A stretch of 20,000 bases of DNA from Vicugna vicugna (lineage: Eukaryota), in contig MU058198.1 in assembly GCA_013265495.1 (NCBI GenBank), positions 300,689 to 320,688 on the forward strand, written 5' to 3'. The translations under genes and the position numbers were made by a program. The first letter of the stretch is position 1, and each line of letters begins with the position of its first letter. Of this stretch, positions 1-9,719 are shown piece by piece. The notes under the pieces are model-generated. The model did no database searches, was not told the DNA's origin, and saw nothing but the letters and a program-made list of their open reading frames with translations.

Positions 1-107
1 GCAAACAGGGCAGAATATTAGCTCTTGTCAAATGTGGGAGATGGGTCCAGGGGTGTTTATTCTCTGTTAGAAACATTTCCTTTAAAAACATAATAAATAT
101 TAAATAA
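1..107 (+). mobile_element. Ancient LINE-1 (L1M/L1ME-like) 3' end fragment
   Basis: 'gatgggtccaggggtgtttattctctgttagaaacatttcc...aataaatattaaataa' resembles the L1MC/ME 3' terminus with an A-rich tail. Confidence 0.5.
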
Positions 108-119
108 GAAAGCAAGAAA

Positions 120-320
120 CACTAGGCAGGGTAAGAGTGGTGACCGATGGGGGCCATGGGGGGGCCGCCACGTCAGGAGGGGGTCAGGCAAGGCCTCTCC
201 GTGAGCGGAGGTCTGAATCACAGGACGTGGGGAGGGGCCACACAGGCAGAGGGAACAGCAAGTGAAAAGAGCTGTGTTCGGGAACGGAGGGAAGGCCAGT
301 GTGGCTGGAGGGCGCTAAGA
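120..320 (-). mobile_element. LINE-2 fragment
   Basis: Antisense L2 motifs 'ggtcaggcaaggcctctc', 'ggcagagggaacagcaagtg' and 'ggccagtgtggctggag'. Confidence 0.7.
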
Positions 321-539
321 GGTGGATTCTGGAAAGGTCCATGGGAGCCTGAGAAAGCTGCCCCGGTGGCTGTCTGCCCACCCCAGGTGCTCATCCCAGA
401 AATGGAAGGAGAGAGGATCAGAGGCAGGCAACTGGGCTCGCACCGCCTAAGGGGCCCTCAAGCCCTCTTCAGAGTATGAAGAGCTTTCCAGAGTGGAGAG
501 CTACTCCCCTTCCAGGAGCCACTAAACATAACCCCCCAC

Positions 540-760
540 TGCCGCCCCAGCCACCGACTGTCAACAAGGCCACTTCCTGGTGTCAACTCGTTTCTAAAAA
601 GGTTGTTTTTCATCTCAAAAAAAGCAAAGCTTTTATTCCTCCTTCACTTTGTGGGATATTCGCTCGCTGCCCCCTCCCCGGCCCCCAGCCCACCGCGCAT
701 GCGCAAGTCATGCGCAAGTCAAGGTTCTCCTGTCCCACTGAGTCAGCCACTCTATCCCTC
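540..760. promoter_or_regulatory. Candidate promoter/enhancer (ETS, GC-box, NRF1, AP-1 motif cluster)
   Basis: Non-repeat sequence with ACTTCCTG (ETS, 572-579), CCCCTCCCCG (GC-box-like, 671-680), GCGCATGCGC (NRF1 palindrome, 695-704), TGAGTCA (AP-1, 739-745) and locally retained CpGs. Confidence 0.45.
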
Positions 761-1019
761 TGTCTTGGGAGTGATCGATTTGCAAGACAGTTGTCTGGAA
801 TTCGGGGATCAGTTGGTAGACATAAAAAAGAGGGCAAATTGAGCAATATCGAAGGATTGATTTATTTAACAAGCATTTATTCAACAGTTACTGAGTCCTA
901 GGCACCAAATGTCATGATCGTGACAATAACAGCAAACCTTTCTTGAGAAGTCACAGGAGGCGAGGCAGTGACCCCAGCAAGCTAAGGCTGAATCTCCTTT
1001 TTCCCCTCCATCGCCCTAG

Positions 1020-1125
1020 AGGGCCCCAGCTTACAGATGAAAGAATTCAGGCTCAGAGAAGCCAAGAGACATCTTCAGGGTATCGTAAGTCAGGGCAGGA
1101 TGCAAGTGCAGCCCATGCATTAACT
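1020..1125 (-). mobile_element. MIR SINE fragment
   Basis: 'cccagcttacagatgaaagaattcaggctcagagaag' matches the antisense MIR core (cccattttacagatgaggaaactgaggctcagagag). Confidence 0.65.
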
Positions 1126-1225
1126 CTTTTTTAAAAAATTAATTCATTTAAATTAAATTTAACTAATTTTAAAACCTGAATTATAGTTGGTTTACAATGC
1201 TGTGTGAGTTTCTGGCCCGTATGAA
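1126..1225 (-). mobile_element. LINE-1 extreme 3' end (laurasiatherian/artiodactyl type)
   Basis: T/AT-rich tail followed by 'tgaattatagttggtttacaatgctgtgtgagtttctgg', typical of an antisense L1 3' terminus. Confidence 0.65.
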
Positions 1226-1336
1226 CTCCTATACCACGTCCCTGGTAATTAAAGCACCATCCAGCCATCAACAATCCAATCTGTCGGGAGAGAGCAGGGA
1301 AGATACAAAAACAAATCAAAATTCTGAGGGCCTCAG

Positions 1337-2010
1337 ACTCACTAGGATGGCTATAAAAAAACAAAAAGGCAGTAAACATTGGCACAGATGTGGAGAAAAT
1401 GGAACTTAATACACTGCTGGTGGGAATGGAAAATAACGCAGCCACCGACCTTTCCTTAGAAGGTTAACCAGAAAGATACCTTATGACCTAGCAATTCCAC
1501 TCCTTGGTATATACCCATGAGAACAGAGAAACTTGTACATCGATGTTCACAGTTGCACGACCCACAATAGCCAAAGGGCGGAAAAGAGCTCAAATGCCCT
1601 TCAATGGATGAATGGATAGAACGTGTTATTATAAAAATGTTATTCAGTCATAAAAACGAAGGAACTACTGATACACGCTACACTATTGGGCAGATGAACG
1701 TCAAAAACATTATGCCAGGTGAAAGAAGCCAGACACAAAATCACGTATTGTGTGATTCCATTTACGAGATGTCCAGAATTGGTAAATCCAGAGAGACAGA
1801 AAGCAGAATGTGGTTGCCAGGATGTGGGAGGAGGGGGAAATGGGGAGTGACTGCTTGATGGGTACAAGGTCTTCTTTGGAGTGATGGGAATGTTCTGGAA
1901 TTAGACAGGTAATGGTTACACAACATTGAGAATGTACTAAATGCCACTGAACTGTACTTTCAAATGGTTAAACTGCTGATGTTTTGTGAATTTCACCTCA
2001 ATCAAAAAAA
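1337..2010 (+). mobile_element. L1MB-like LINE-1, 5'-truncated (decayed ORF2 end plus 3' UTR)
   Basis: 'gatgtggagaaaatggaac', 'tatgacctagcaattccactccttggtatatacc', 'atggatgaatggata', 'gtgaaagaagccagacacaaaa'; ends 'gtgaatttcacctcaatcaaaaaaa'. Confidence 0.9.
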
Positions 2011-2079
2011 TTATAGGTCCTAAATATTAAGGAGCCATATGGACCTGATCTAGTGCAAGACGACTGAAGCACAACCCAC

Positions 2080-2330
2080 TCTTGGGAGGGGCATGGTCAC
2101 GGAAGGCTTCATGGAACAGGCATTTGAGTTAAGCCCTAAAAGATAGGTAGGATGTGTTAACTAAGCTTATCACGGTAATCACTGCAAAATATATGTGTAT
2201 ATATATCACAATGTTATATGTCAATTATATCTCAATAAAGCTAGAAAAAAAGAAAGAAAAATAAGTAGAATTCTGTCCAGCAAATAGAGCCGGGAAGGGC
2301 ACTCCATACAGATGGAACAGAATGAGGGAA
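2080..2330 (-). mobile_element. LINE-2 fragment interrupted by an L1 3' end
   Basis: 'ggtcacggaaggcttcatggaacaggcatttgagttaagccct' before the insert and 'gggaagggcactccatacagatggaacag' after it are consecutive antisense L2 motifs. Confidence 0.6.
2153..2256 (+). mobile_element. Short LINE-1 3' end (L1MA9-like) with A-rich tail
   Basis: 'aatgttatatgtcaattatatctcaataaagctagaaaaaaagaaag'; degenerate flanking repeat aaagataggtagga (2139-2152) / aaaaataagtagaa (2257-2270). Confidence 0.75.
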
Positions 2331-2472
2331 CCCTTCCCTGTGGCCTCATCACCCTTTGTTGCCCTGGTCCTGAATATTCTTGATTTCGTAACAGAAAGTC
2401 CCAAGTAACTTGCTATTAATAGTAAAGTAACCAAAGAGGGTTAATCATTTGGATTTCAAAAATAAATTAGTG

Positions 2473-2611
2473 GGGGAGGGTATAGCGCAGTGATAGAGCG
2501 CGTGCTTAGCATTCACAAGGTCCTGGGTTCAACCCCCAATACCTCCATTAAACAAACAAACAAACAAACAAATAAACTCTAAGTGACACCTCCCGAAAAA
2601 AACCAAAAAAT
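2473..2611 (+). mobile_element. tRNA-Ala(AGC)-derived SINE, camelid vic-1 type, copy 1
   Basis: Head 'ggggagggtatagcgcagtgatagagcgcgtgcttagcattcacaaggtcctgggttcaacccccaatacctcca', (AAAC)n linker, A-rich tail; perfect 13-bp TSD AAATAAATTAGTG at 2460-2472 and 2612-2624. Confidence 0.9.
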
Positions 2612-3317
2612 AAATAAATTAGTGAGGATAAGCACAAATAATATTACCCTAACTCATGTGCATTCTTGGTTTTTGTTTTTTAAGCAGGAAAGACAATGCT
2701 GGCTTCTCACTGAGGCAGAACAGGTGTGTAGCTCTGGGCCCCCGAGAAGCAGGGGATGCCCCCCACCTCTACTTCAAATGAAAAAGGGAGAAATCTATTT
2801 CTCGGCAAGAATTTGATATTTGATATTTCAGAAATAATATTGCAGGGAAGTGAGACCACCACTGGGATTAACAGTTGAGAATTATTTTCGCAGACAACAC
2901 GTGATGAGAGGTTCCAGAATGATCAGAACTTGGGGTCTCAAGGTCAAATCTTAACCCAGCCCTGGAGCAAGTGGAGGGTCCGCCCTACACTAGGGCCTCT
3001 GCTCCGAAACACGTGCACCTATGAACAACATCCACTCGGGCATCAAAAACTGCAGCTTTAATAACCTGAGGGCAAAAACGTTCCTGGAGAGTTCCTGGAG
3101 CCAGAGTCCTCCTGGTCCTTCTTCCCTAGAAGAAACATTGACACTAAATTTAAAAGCAGACCAGCAGCCAGCTGGCAGGGAACTTCCAAGATGGGAACAG
3201 AAAAAGCAAGACCACCTAGTTCAGTATCTCCCCAACCTACCCGCCTCCCGCAAAGGATCATGGAATTTACGGCGATCGCTGTGGACACCTGTGAAGTACT
3301 GGCACATTAAACTTACA

Positions 3318-3538
3318 TCAACCTGGGGCAGTTCTGCCCTCCCATCACCTCCAGGAACATTGGCAACGTCTGCAGACATTTTTAGTTGTCACAACTGGGG
3401 AGGGGGATGCTCCTGACATCTAGTGGGTGGAGACCAGGGATGCTGCTAAACATCCTACAACGTCCAGAATCCCACCACCACCTCAACAAAGGATAATCTG
3501 GCCCAAAATATCAACAGCGCTGAGGCTGAGACATCTTA
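3318..3538 (+). mobile_element. MER20 DNA transposon (hAT-Charlie)
   Basis: 'acattggcaacgtctgcagacatttttagttgtcacaactgggg', 'catctagtgggtggagaccagggatgctgctaaacatcctacaa' and 'ggcccaaaatatcaacagcgctgaggctgaga' follow the MER20 consensus in order. Confidence 0.9.
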
Positions 3539-3743
3539 GTGAAACCTATGAACCTCAGGTTGGTTCAGATCCTTCTCTTATACATGATTCTAGCCTGAAT
3601 AAATGTTAACAGCAACCAAAGAATTTGTATTTTTCTCCAACAGATATGAGGGAAGTCCATCCACTACCTCAGCTGAACTTGTCTGGGTCATCTTCTTCAG
3701 ACTGGAAGAGGCCACAGCACAGCTGCAAGTCAACCTACGATTC

Positions 3744-3765
3744 CAAGACCAAGATCAAGACCAAG
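3744..3765 (+). repeat. Short hexamer tandem (CAAGAY) x3.7
   Basis: caagac caagat caagac caag read directly. Confidence 0.7.
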
Positions 3766-4009
3766 CTATGATTCCCATCCTTCCGCTTCCTCCTTGGGCC
3801 TTTCTTCTTTGCTGCAAGTACAAACCCAAGCACCAGATAAAAAAGTCCTCCAGGAAGTGGGCTCAGCCGCCCCAAGGAGAATGGATTGTTTATTCTGAGA
3901 TCTCCAACACTATGAAGTCTTCTTTCTCCTACCCAAATTTAGACCGATATGGTTGGCATGTCACAGCTGGAAGAGTTGGGTCCAATACTCTAGGTTTATA
4001 AAAGAAAAC

Positions 4010-4650
4010 TGAGCCAGGCCATTCTCTCACTTCCTTGCTTACCACTCTCCATCACCCTTAGAATGAAATCCAAAATCCACAGCCTAGTCTTCAAAAGGAT
4101 TTGCCAACCTCAGCACTATTGCCATTAGGGGCTGATCATTCTATGTTGTGGGGCTGTCCCATGCATTGTAGGATGTTTACCAGCATCCCTGGTCTCCACC
4201 CAGCAGATGCCAGCAGCATACCACCCCTAATGGGACAACCTGGAATGTCTCTAGACATCACCATGTGTCCTCTGAGGGCAAAATCACCCAGCTGAGAACC
4301 ACTGGTCTAGCAGGATCTAAATAACCTGACCTCTGCTTACGTCTCATACCTCATCCACCTGCCACATCCACTTTCTTTCTGTTCCTTGAAAACCACAGAT
4401 CCTTCCTACCCCAAGGCTTGCTATTCCCTCAGCCTAGGAATCTCAACTCAGATGTCACCTCTTCAAGCTTTCCATGATCACCAATGGAAAACAGACCCCT
4501 GCCTCCATCACTTTCAATCGCATTACCTTGTTCAAGTTCTTTCATGGCACTCTGTCCTTGTCAGATGTTTTCTTGTTCTCCCTAAAGGCAAGGACTGTGT
4601 CCATCTCTCTACCACTATATTCATAGCACCTGGAAGATCTTCAGTCCAGA
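4010..4650 (+). mobile_element. LINE-2 3' region, interrupted by MER20
   Basis: 'ccatcacccttagaatgaaatccaaaatcc' before the MER20; 'tctcaactcagatgtcacctcttc' and 'aaggcaaggactgtgtc...tatattcatagcacctgg' after it. Confidence 0.7.
4095..4304 (-). mobile_element. MER20 DNA transposon, near full length
   Basis: Starts 'aaggatttgccaacctcagcactattg', contains 'tgcattgtaggatgtttaccagcatccctgg', ends 'gctgagaaccactg' (terminal repeat). Confidence 0.9.
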
Positions 4651-5559
4651 AGACCATGTGAACAACCTATGTGGCCCCCAACATGGAGGCTCCCCACTCC
4701 CATGTCATGGTTTGAGAGGGGTCATTGGCATGGCGTCTGTCACTTGCCCTATCCGACTTCAAGAGAATTGAAGCTGAGGCAGGAGAAGGAACTGGTGACT
4801 GGTGTCACTTCTCCCTTTTCCCCTGTCAAGGCAACGTCACAAATAAACAGGGATCATTTCCTTCTTTAGGAGTCTGATGAGCTTAATCGGGTTGAACCAC
4901 ATGGGGTGGGCTTGGAAGAACATAAGCAGACTGTCTGTAAATTACTCAAATGAACCCAGAAGACACTCTGCCAGCCCCCCAGCAGCCAGCTTGTGCCAAC
5001 GTTGCTCTGCTTTCCACCCAGAGAAAAATTCTGTCTCCCTGCCACCACTGAACACAAGTAAGTTCGAATCAATAAAAAGGAAATCAAAGAAAACCATGTG
5101 GGACAGAAGACAATTTCTGGGGAAAACAACAGCCCGGCTCTCCTCCTGACGTCCGTCCTTTGAAGTGTTTCATACGGCACCCTTCCTCCTGCTCACCTGG
5201 CAGAGGGTTTCAGATGTGTGCACACACTTTAACTGATGCCCAAACACAGCTGCTATGCGCTTGCTGCCTTTGTTCCCGTGGATTGGGAGAAACCTTTTGT
5301 CTCTTAATTTACCGCACAAACAACATTAAAATAGGAACGGAATTTTTTAAAAGCAAAATCCAACAGCAATCCAAGCGCATTACACATTTCATCAAACACT
5401 TTCTTTGGTCCACACTCTCCCCTTCAGATTCTCTTCCAGTCCTTGTCAATAATCAAAACAAGATTTGCATAGCTTCACTAACAACACAGGCAAATTATGA
5501 AATACCATCCCCGACCCTTTTTAAACTTAAGTAGACACACACATTTTCCAAGTTACTAC

Positions 5560-5990
5560 CTGGACATCACAAGAATCACCTGTAATGTCTACTTAGAGTA
5601 TTCCATCAGCCTGAAATACTGTAATTTACTTCCATCATTTTCCCATTGCTAGGTACTTGGGTTATTTTAAATGACCTAAAATAGGGCACTTTGGCATTTT
5701 GCTTCTTTCAGGTTACAATCCTCTAATAAAACCCAGGGGTAAGAGATCACTGGGTCAAAGAATACATTAAGATATATCCAAATATTCAGATATTTTTCTG
5801 CCATTCAGTATGAACTTCCAGACCGTTTGCCAAAAGGGCTGATCTAACTTCACAGCCACCAGGACTGTCACCACAACATCACCAGCACCAAGTATTAACA
5901 TTTTGACAAGTGGGTGCAGGCTCAGCGTGGTTGCTGAAATATTTTTTGTTTGCATTTCTTTGATTGAATACCCAGTCACATATCAGTTTA
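5560..5990 (-). mobile_element. Ancient L1ME-like fragment
   Basis: Antisense L1 motifs 'cccattgctaggtacttgggttatttt', 'gatcactgggtcaaag', 'tttgccaaaagggctgatctaacttcacagccacca', 'tttgcatttctttgatt'. Confidence 0.7.
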
Positions 5991-6104
5991 ATTACACTTC
6001 CTCTTTTGCATGGAAACACTGACTTTCTCTGTGAGTTCAATGGCCCTCCTCAATAAGTCCAGGGCGCGGCCAATAATAAACATTTAGCGCTGGATTGTAT
6101 TTGT

Positions 6105-7010
6105 CTGCTACTGCCAGGCTTTCTAATTATTCCTGTCTACTGAATATCTGATTACGGATTTAATTTGTATTTCCCGGACTGCTAAAAGGACTGAGCATCT
6201 TTTCATGATCGTCAGCTATTCACTTTTCCTCTTCTATGAAAACCCTGTTCATATCTTTTGGCCCATTGTTCTATCGGGCACCTGCTGATTTATAAAGGCC
6301 TTTAAATATTACGGCTACTAAGTTACTCACCAGTTATGTGTTATAGGTTGAATTGGGTCCCTCCCCAAACTCACGTTTAAGTCCCATCCCTTAGCGTCTC
6401 AGAACATCACGTTATTTGAAAACAGGGTCGTTGCAGATGTAATTAAGACGAGGTCACAGTGGAGGAGGGTGGGGCTCTAATCCAGGATGGTTGGTGTCAT
6501 TATAACAGGGGGAAATTTGGACACTGCAGGGAGAATGCCATGTGAAGTTCTGCCGCCACAAGCCAAGGAACTGGCAGAAGCCAGGAGAGAGATCGCAGAT
6601 AGATCCTTCCGAGAACCTTCCGAGGGAGTGCGGCCCCGTCGACTCCTGGACCTCCGTAACTGTAAATTTCTGTCGTTTAAGCCAGTTTGTGGTACTCTGT
6701 TATAATAGTCTACAAACAAATTCATGGGTATGGTCCTCCCAGTTTGCGGCTTGTTTTTAATCTTCTTTTTTACCATGTTTTCTGATGAGCAGAAGCTCAT
6801 AATTTTAAAGTGGCAGAATGCATTCATCTTTTCCTCTCTGGTTCACACTTTGTAACTTTTTCAGAAATGTTTTGCTAAAGTTAGAATGGTATTCTCCTTT
6901 TTTTTCCTCCTAAAATTTAAAGTTTGGCCTTTCAAAAGGAAGCCCTTGGGCCATCGGGACGTGGTTTTGGTGTGGGGTGTGAGATAAGCTCTGTTTTTAT
7001 TTCTGATGTC
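6105..7010 (-). mobile_element. Ancient L1M fragment interrupted by an MLT1 LTR
   Basis: 'gagcatcttttcatg...ctgttcatatcttttggcccatt' before the LTR; 'tcccagtttgcggcttgttttt...tgatgagcagaagctcataattttaa' after it. Confidence 0.75.
6339..6724 (+). mobile_element. MLT1 (MaLR) solo LTR, MLT1B/C-like
   Basis: Begins 'tgttataggttgaattg'; contains 'ttatttgaaaacagggtcgttgcagatgtaattaag', 'gccacaagccaaggaa', 'taaatttctgtcgtttaagccagtttgtggtactctgtta'; ends ...ca. Confidence 0.9.
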
Positions 7011-7027
7011 ATGACCACTTTTTTCTT

Positions 7028-7150
7028 CTGTCTTTCTGCCCCACGAGGCTGTGAGCTCACGGAGGGTAGTGATTTTATGTCACCTCTGCCCATCTCCCTA
7101 GGTACGGAACAGACCCTGTGGTGAACGCTGGCCAAGAGAAACATTTGTTT
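7028..7150 (+). mobile_element. LINE-2 3' end fragment
   Basis: 'ggctgtgagctcacggagggtagtgattttatgtc' ... 'aaacatttgttt' resemble the L2 3' terminus. Confidence 0.6.
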
Positions 7151-7789
7151 ATATCCAGCATATGAAGCTAGCTAAACCTTCCAGGGAAGTTGGGAGAGAG
7201 GCTCAGTCATTTGATGTCTGAGAGTTTATGACCAGGGCTCAATGGCCGTCCAGATGAGATCAACCTACTTCAGATCCACTCAAGCATCTTAAAAGAGTGA
7301 GATATTGACTCTATTCTAAATTGGGCTCCCAATGAGCCTCCTGAAGCAGACACAGCTGTTCTAGCAGATTGCTCCAGAACTTGCAACACTATCAACCCAA
7401 GCCTGACATGGCAGGCATGAAGCCTTGTCTCCAGCTACCCAGTACCCACAGTGAAGGACCAACAGGGGACAGTTAGGCGAGCCTCCCTCAAGTAGAAGCG
7501 GCAGGAGCAGCCAGGATGGGCTGAGACACCAGAAGCTGGGAGAAGCTCTGCCTGCTAAGGGAGGGATTCCGAGTCAGCAGGTTCCAGCCCCCAGCCCCTT
7601 CTTCTGTCTGCTGATTCCATTTCTGCATAGAAAGCCCCCCTCTGCTTCTCTGTGCCTTAGTCACCTAATTAGACCAACCTCTCCCTAACCTCAGATCAAG
7701 CCCAACCACCTGTCACAGACAGTTGTATCTACCACCTTTTGGGAACAAGGTTAGCATACAGTAGGTGCTCAATAATTATCTGTTGCCAG

Positions 7790-8190
7790 AGCAATTGTGT
7801 GAGACACAAAGGACACAGTAGTGAGCAAGATGTTCAAGGTCACTATAATGCAGTTCAACATTATTTATTACACAGAATGAATTAATTATGAGATGATTTA
7901 ATTAGCCCTGTGGTGTGTGCTATGAAGAATAACAGAGTGCTGTGGGAACTGACCTTCCTGAGACTCCCCTGCAGAAGTAAGACCAGGAGTCAGAAAGCCA
8001 AGGAGCAGGCACATGGAATAAGAGGAAAGGCTGGGGGCAGAGCTGAGGCTGGGGGAAGACAGGTCAGCTCATGCCATGCTGCCAGGTTAGGAGTGTGGGC
8101 TTATCCTAAGGAATAGGGAGCCACAGAAGGCTTTAGACAGACACCTACTTTGATGGACATTTTAAACAGATCTCTGTGGCTATACCTCCT
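7790..8190 (-). mobile_element. LINE-2 fragment
   Basis: 'ggacacagtagtgagcaaga', 'gtgctatgaagaa', 'tttaaacagatctctgtggct' are antisense L2-like. Confidence 0.5.
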
Positions 8191-8391
8191 CTTTGGATGG
8201 AAGCTGTCTCTCCTCCTGACTCCCTCTTCCACTCATGTTGTAACTGTTGCATGTCTCTGTATCTCTTGGAACAAACCTTTCTACGAAGTTATTTTACTTT
8301 TCCTGTCCTATCATTTCTGCCGGGAGGGACTGCACCTTCTATGTTCTCGCCCACCTGTTTTTCCTGCCCTCATATTCGGAGGTAGGGTGGC

Positions 8392-8583
8392 TGTTATGCA
8401 TTGAATCACGTCCCTCAAAAAGATCATGGAACAAAATCTCTCTCAGAGCCTCCAGAAGGAAACAGCCCGGCTGACACTTCGATTTTGAACTTCCAGCCCC
8501 CAGGATGTAAGCAAAGACATTCCTGTTGTTTTCAGACACCTGCTTTGTTGTCATTGTTACCGCCGTCCTGGGACATGAACACA
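8392..8583 (+). mobile_element. Internally deleted MLT1 solo LTR
   Basis: TG...CA termini ('tgttatgcattgaat' ... 'ggacatgaacaca'); perfect 5-bp TSD GTGGC at 8387-8391 and 8584-8588; 3' part 'cagagcctccagaaggaaacagcccggctgacacttcgattttg'. Confidence 0.85.
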
Positions 8584-8604
8584 GTGGCGCGCTGAGCAGA
8601 AGGA

Positions 8605-8725
8605 TGGAGCCTCAGCCCCCATCCCAACGCCAGCTCTCCAGGTACTGACAGTGTGGCCCTGGACCTGCTGAGGAAGCCCTCTGAGCCACGTTTCCTTTCC
8701 TCCTGGGAAAACAGGGGACATAAGA
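8605..8725 (+). mobile_element. MIR fragment
   Basis: 'gtgtggccctggac...ccctctgagccacgtttcctttcctcctgggaaaacagggg' is MIR core-like. Confidence 0.55.
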
Positions 8726-8789
8726 GACACCCCAGGACATCCTAGTGGAGACCAGCCTGTCTTCTGCTTCCTCTGTTGCCCCGCCTGAC

Positions 8790-9020
8790 AGCGTCCTCTC
8801 TCACCTCCCCTCTCCTTCTAGCTTTGTTTCTTCGTCTTCACAGTTCCTAACCCTTCCCCTTGCCCTTAAATGCAGTTTTCCCCAGAATTCAACTCCTGGT
8901 CACCTTTCCCTCTTACATTACACAGTGTTTCCTGGTAAATGCTGTTGATGGCTCGAGTTTCAACGATCATGTTTACTGTCTGTCTCAAATATGCTGATTT
9001 CTTTCAAATTCCAGTCTTGC
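8790..9020 (+). mobile_element. LINE-2 internal fragment
   Basis: 'cccttaaatgcagttttccccagaattcaactcctggtcaccttttccct' resembles L2 sense sequence. Confidence 0.5.
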
Positions 9021-9074
9021 CTAAGCCTTACATGTTTTCTTCCCTCTTTCCCCTTTCCTTTCTTCCTTACTTGC

Positions 9075-9331
9075 TTCCCTTCCATGTATATTTTTACTGA
9101 ACATCCATTATGTACCAGGCGCTGGAGGACCAGCTGTGAACAAGACAGAAAAAGTCCCCATCCTCTTGAAGCTCACATGGTAGCGGAAGAAAGAGATAAT
9201 AAAGAAATCGATGTGTAATGTCTGCTAGTGATAAATACTATCGAGAAAAATAAAGCTGTCTAAGGGAGTAGAAAGTGATCGGCTTGTCAGGCGGCCAGCC
9301 AGGCAGGGGACAGGCCTAGGCTTGTGAAGGT
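9075..9331 (-). mobile_element. LINE-2 3' end
   Basis: 'ttactgaacatccattatgtaccaggcgctgg', 'gtgaacaagacagaaaaagtccccatcctcttgaagctcaca'. Confidence 0.75.
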
Positions 9332-9520
9332 CAGGGTTTCCAAAGCTGCCTTCATCAGAAGCATCACTTGGGAGTGGGGCGGGGGGGTGCTTGTAAAACA
9401 CAGATTCCCGGGACCTCCCCGAACCCACTTGATCAGACTCTTCAGAGGAGGGGCCTGGGAACTAGTATTTTTAAAAAGTGCCCCAGAAATACTGATAACG
9501 GATGCTTCAAGTGATGGGAT
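9332..9520. mobile_element. MER5-family (hAT-Charlie) DNA transposon
   Basis: 'gtgcttgtaaaacacagattcccgggacct', 'ggggcctgggaactagtatttttaaaaagtgccccag'. Confidence 0.65.
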
Positions 9521-9719
9521 CAGGTAAGAGCACGTAGGAATTTTAAGTTCAGTTTAGTCCACAGGAAGTCACCACATGGATGCTCCATCCTCAACACCCC
9601 GCACCCCAAAATGAGCCACTCATCGCCACCGCCACCCACCCCACCTGCTCCTCCCACCTCACTGTCCAGCACCCCAACCAGCAGGCCCCTCAAACTGAAC
9701 AAGACCCTGGAGGCCTCCA

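Noticed and set aside
476..901. 141-aa ORF over the motif cluster
   Set aside because: No recognisable domain; comparable overlapping ORFs occur in other frames and strands, as expected by chance
1604..1858. ORF 'MDEWIER...' (and the similar ORF at 16289-16561)
   Set aside because: Decayed L1 ORF2 C-terminus/3' UTR remnants, not a host gene
2473..2546. Apparent tRNA-Ala(AGC) gene (also at ~12794 and ~15893)
   Set aside because: Extra G-rich 5' head, A-rich tails, TSDs and stem mismatches indicate SINEs, not tRNA genes
2898..3015. Two CACGTG E-boxes (2898-2903, 3010-3015)
   Set aside because: Hexamers alone, with no other support
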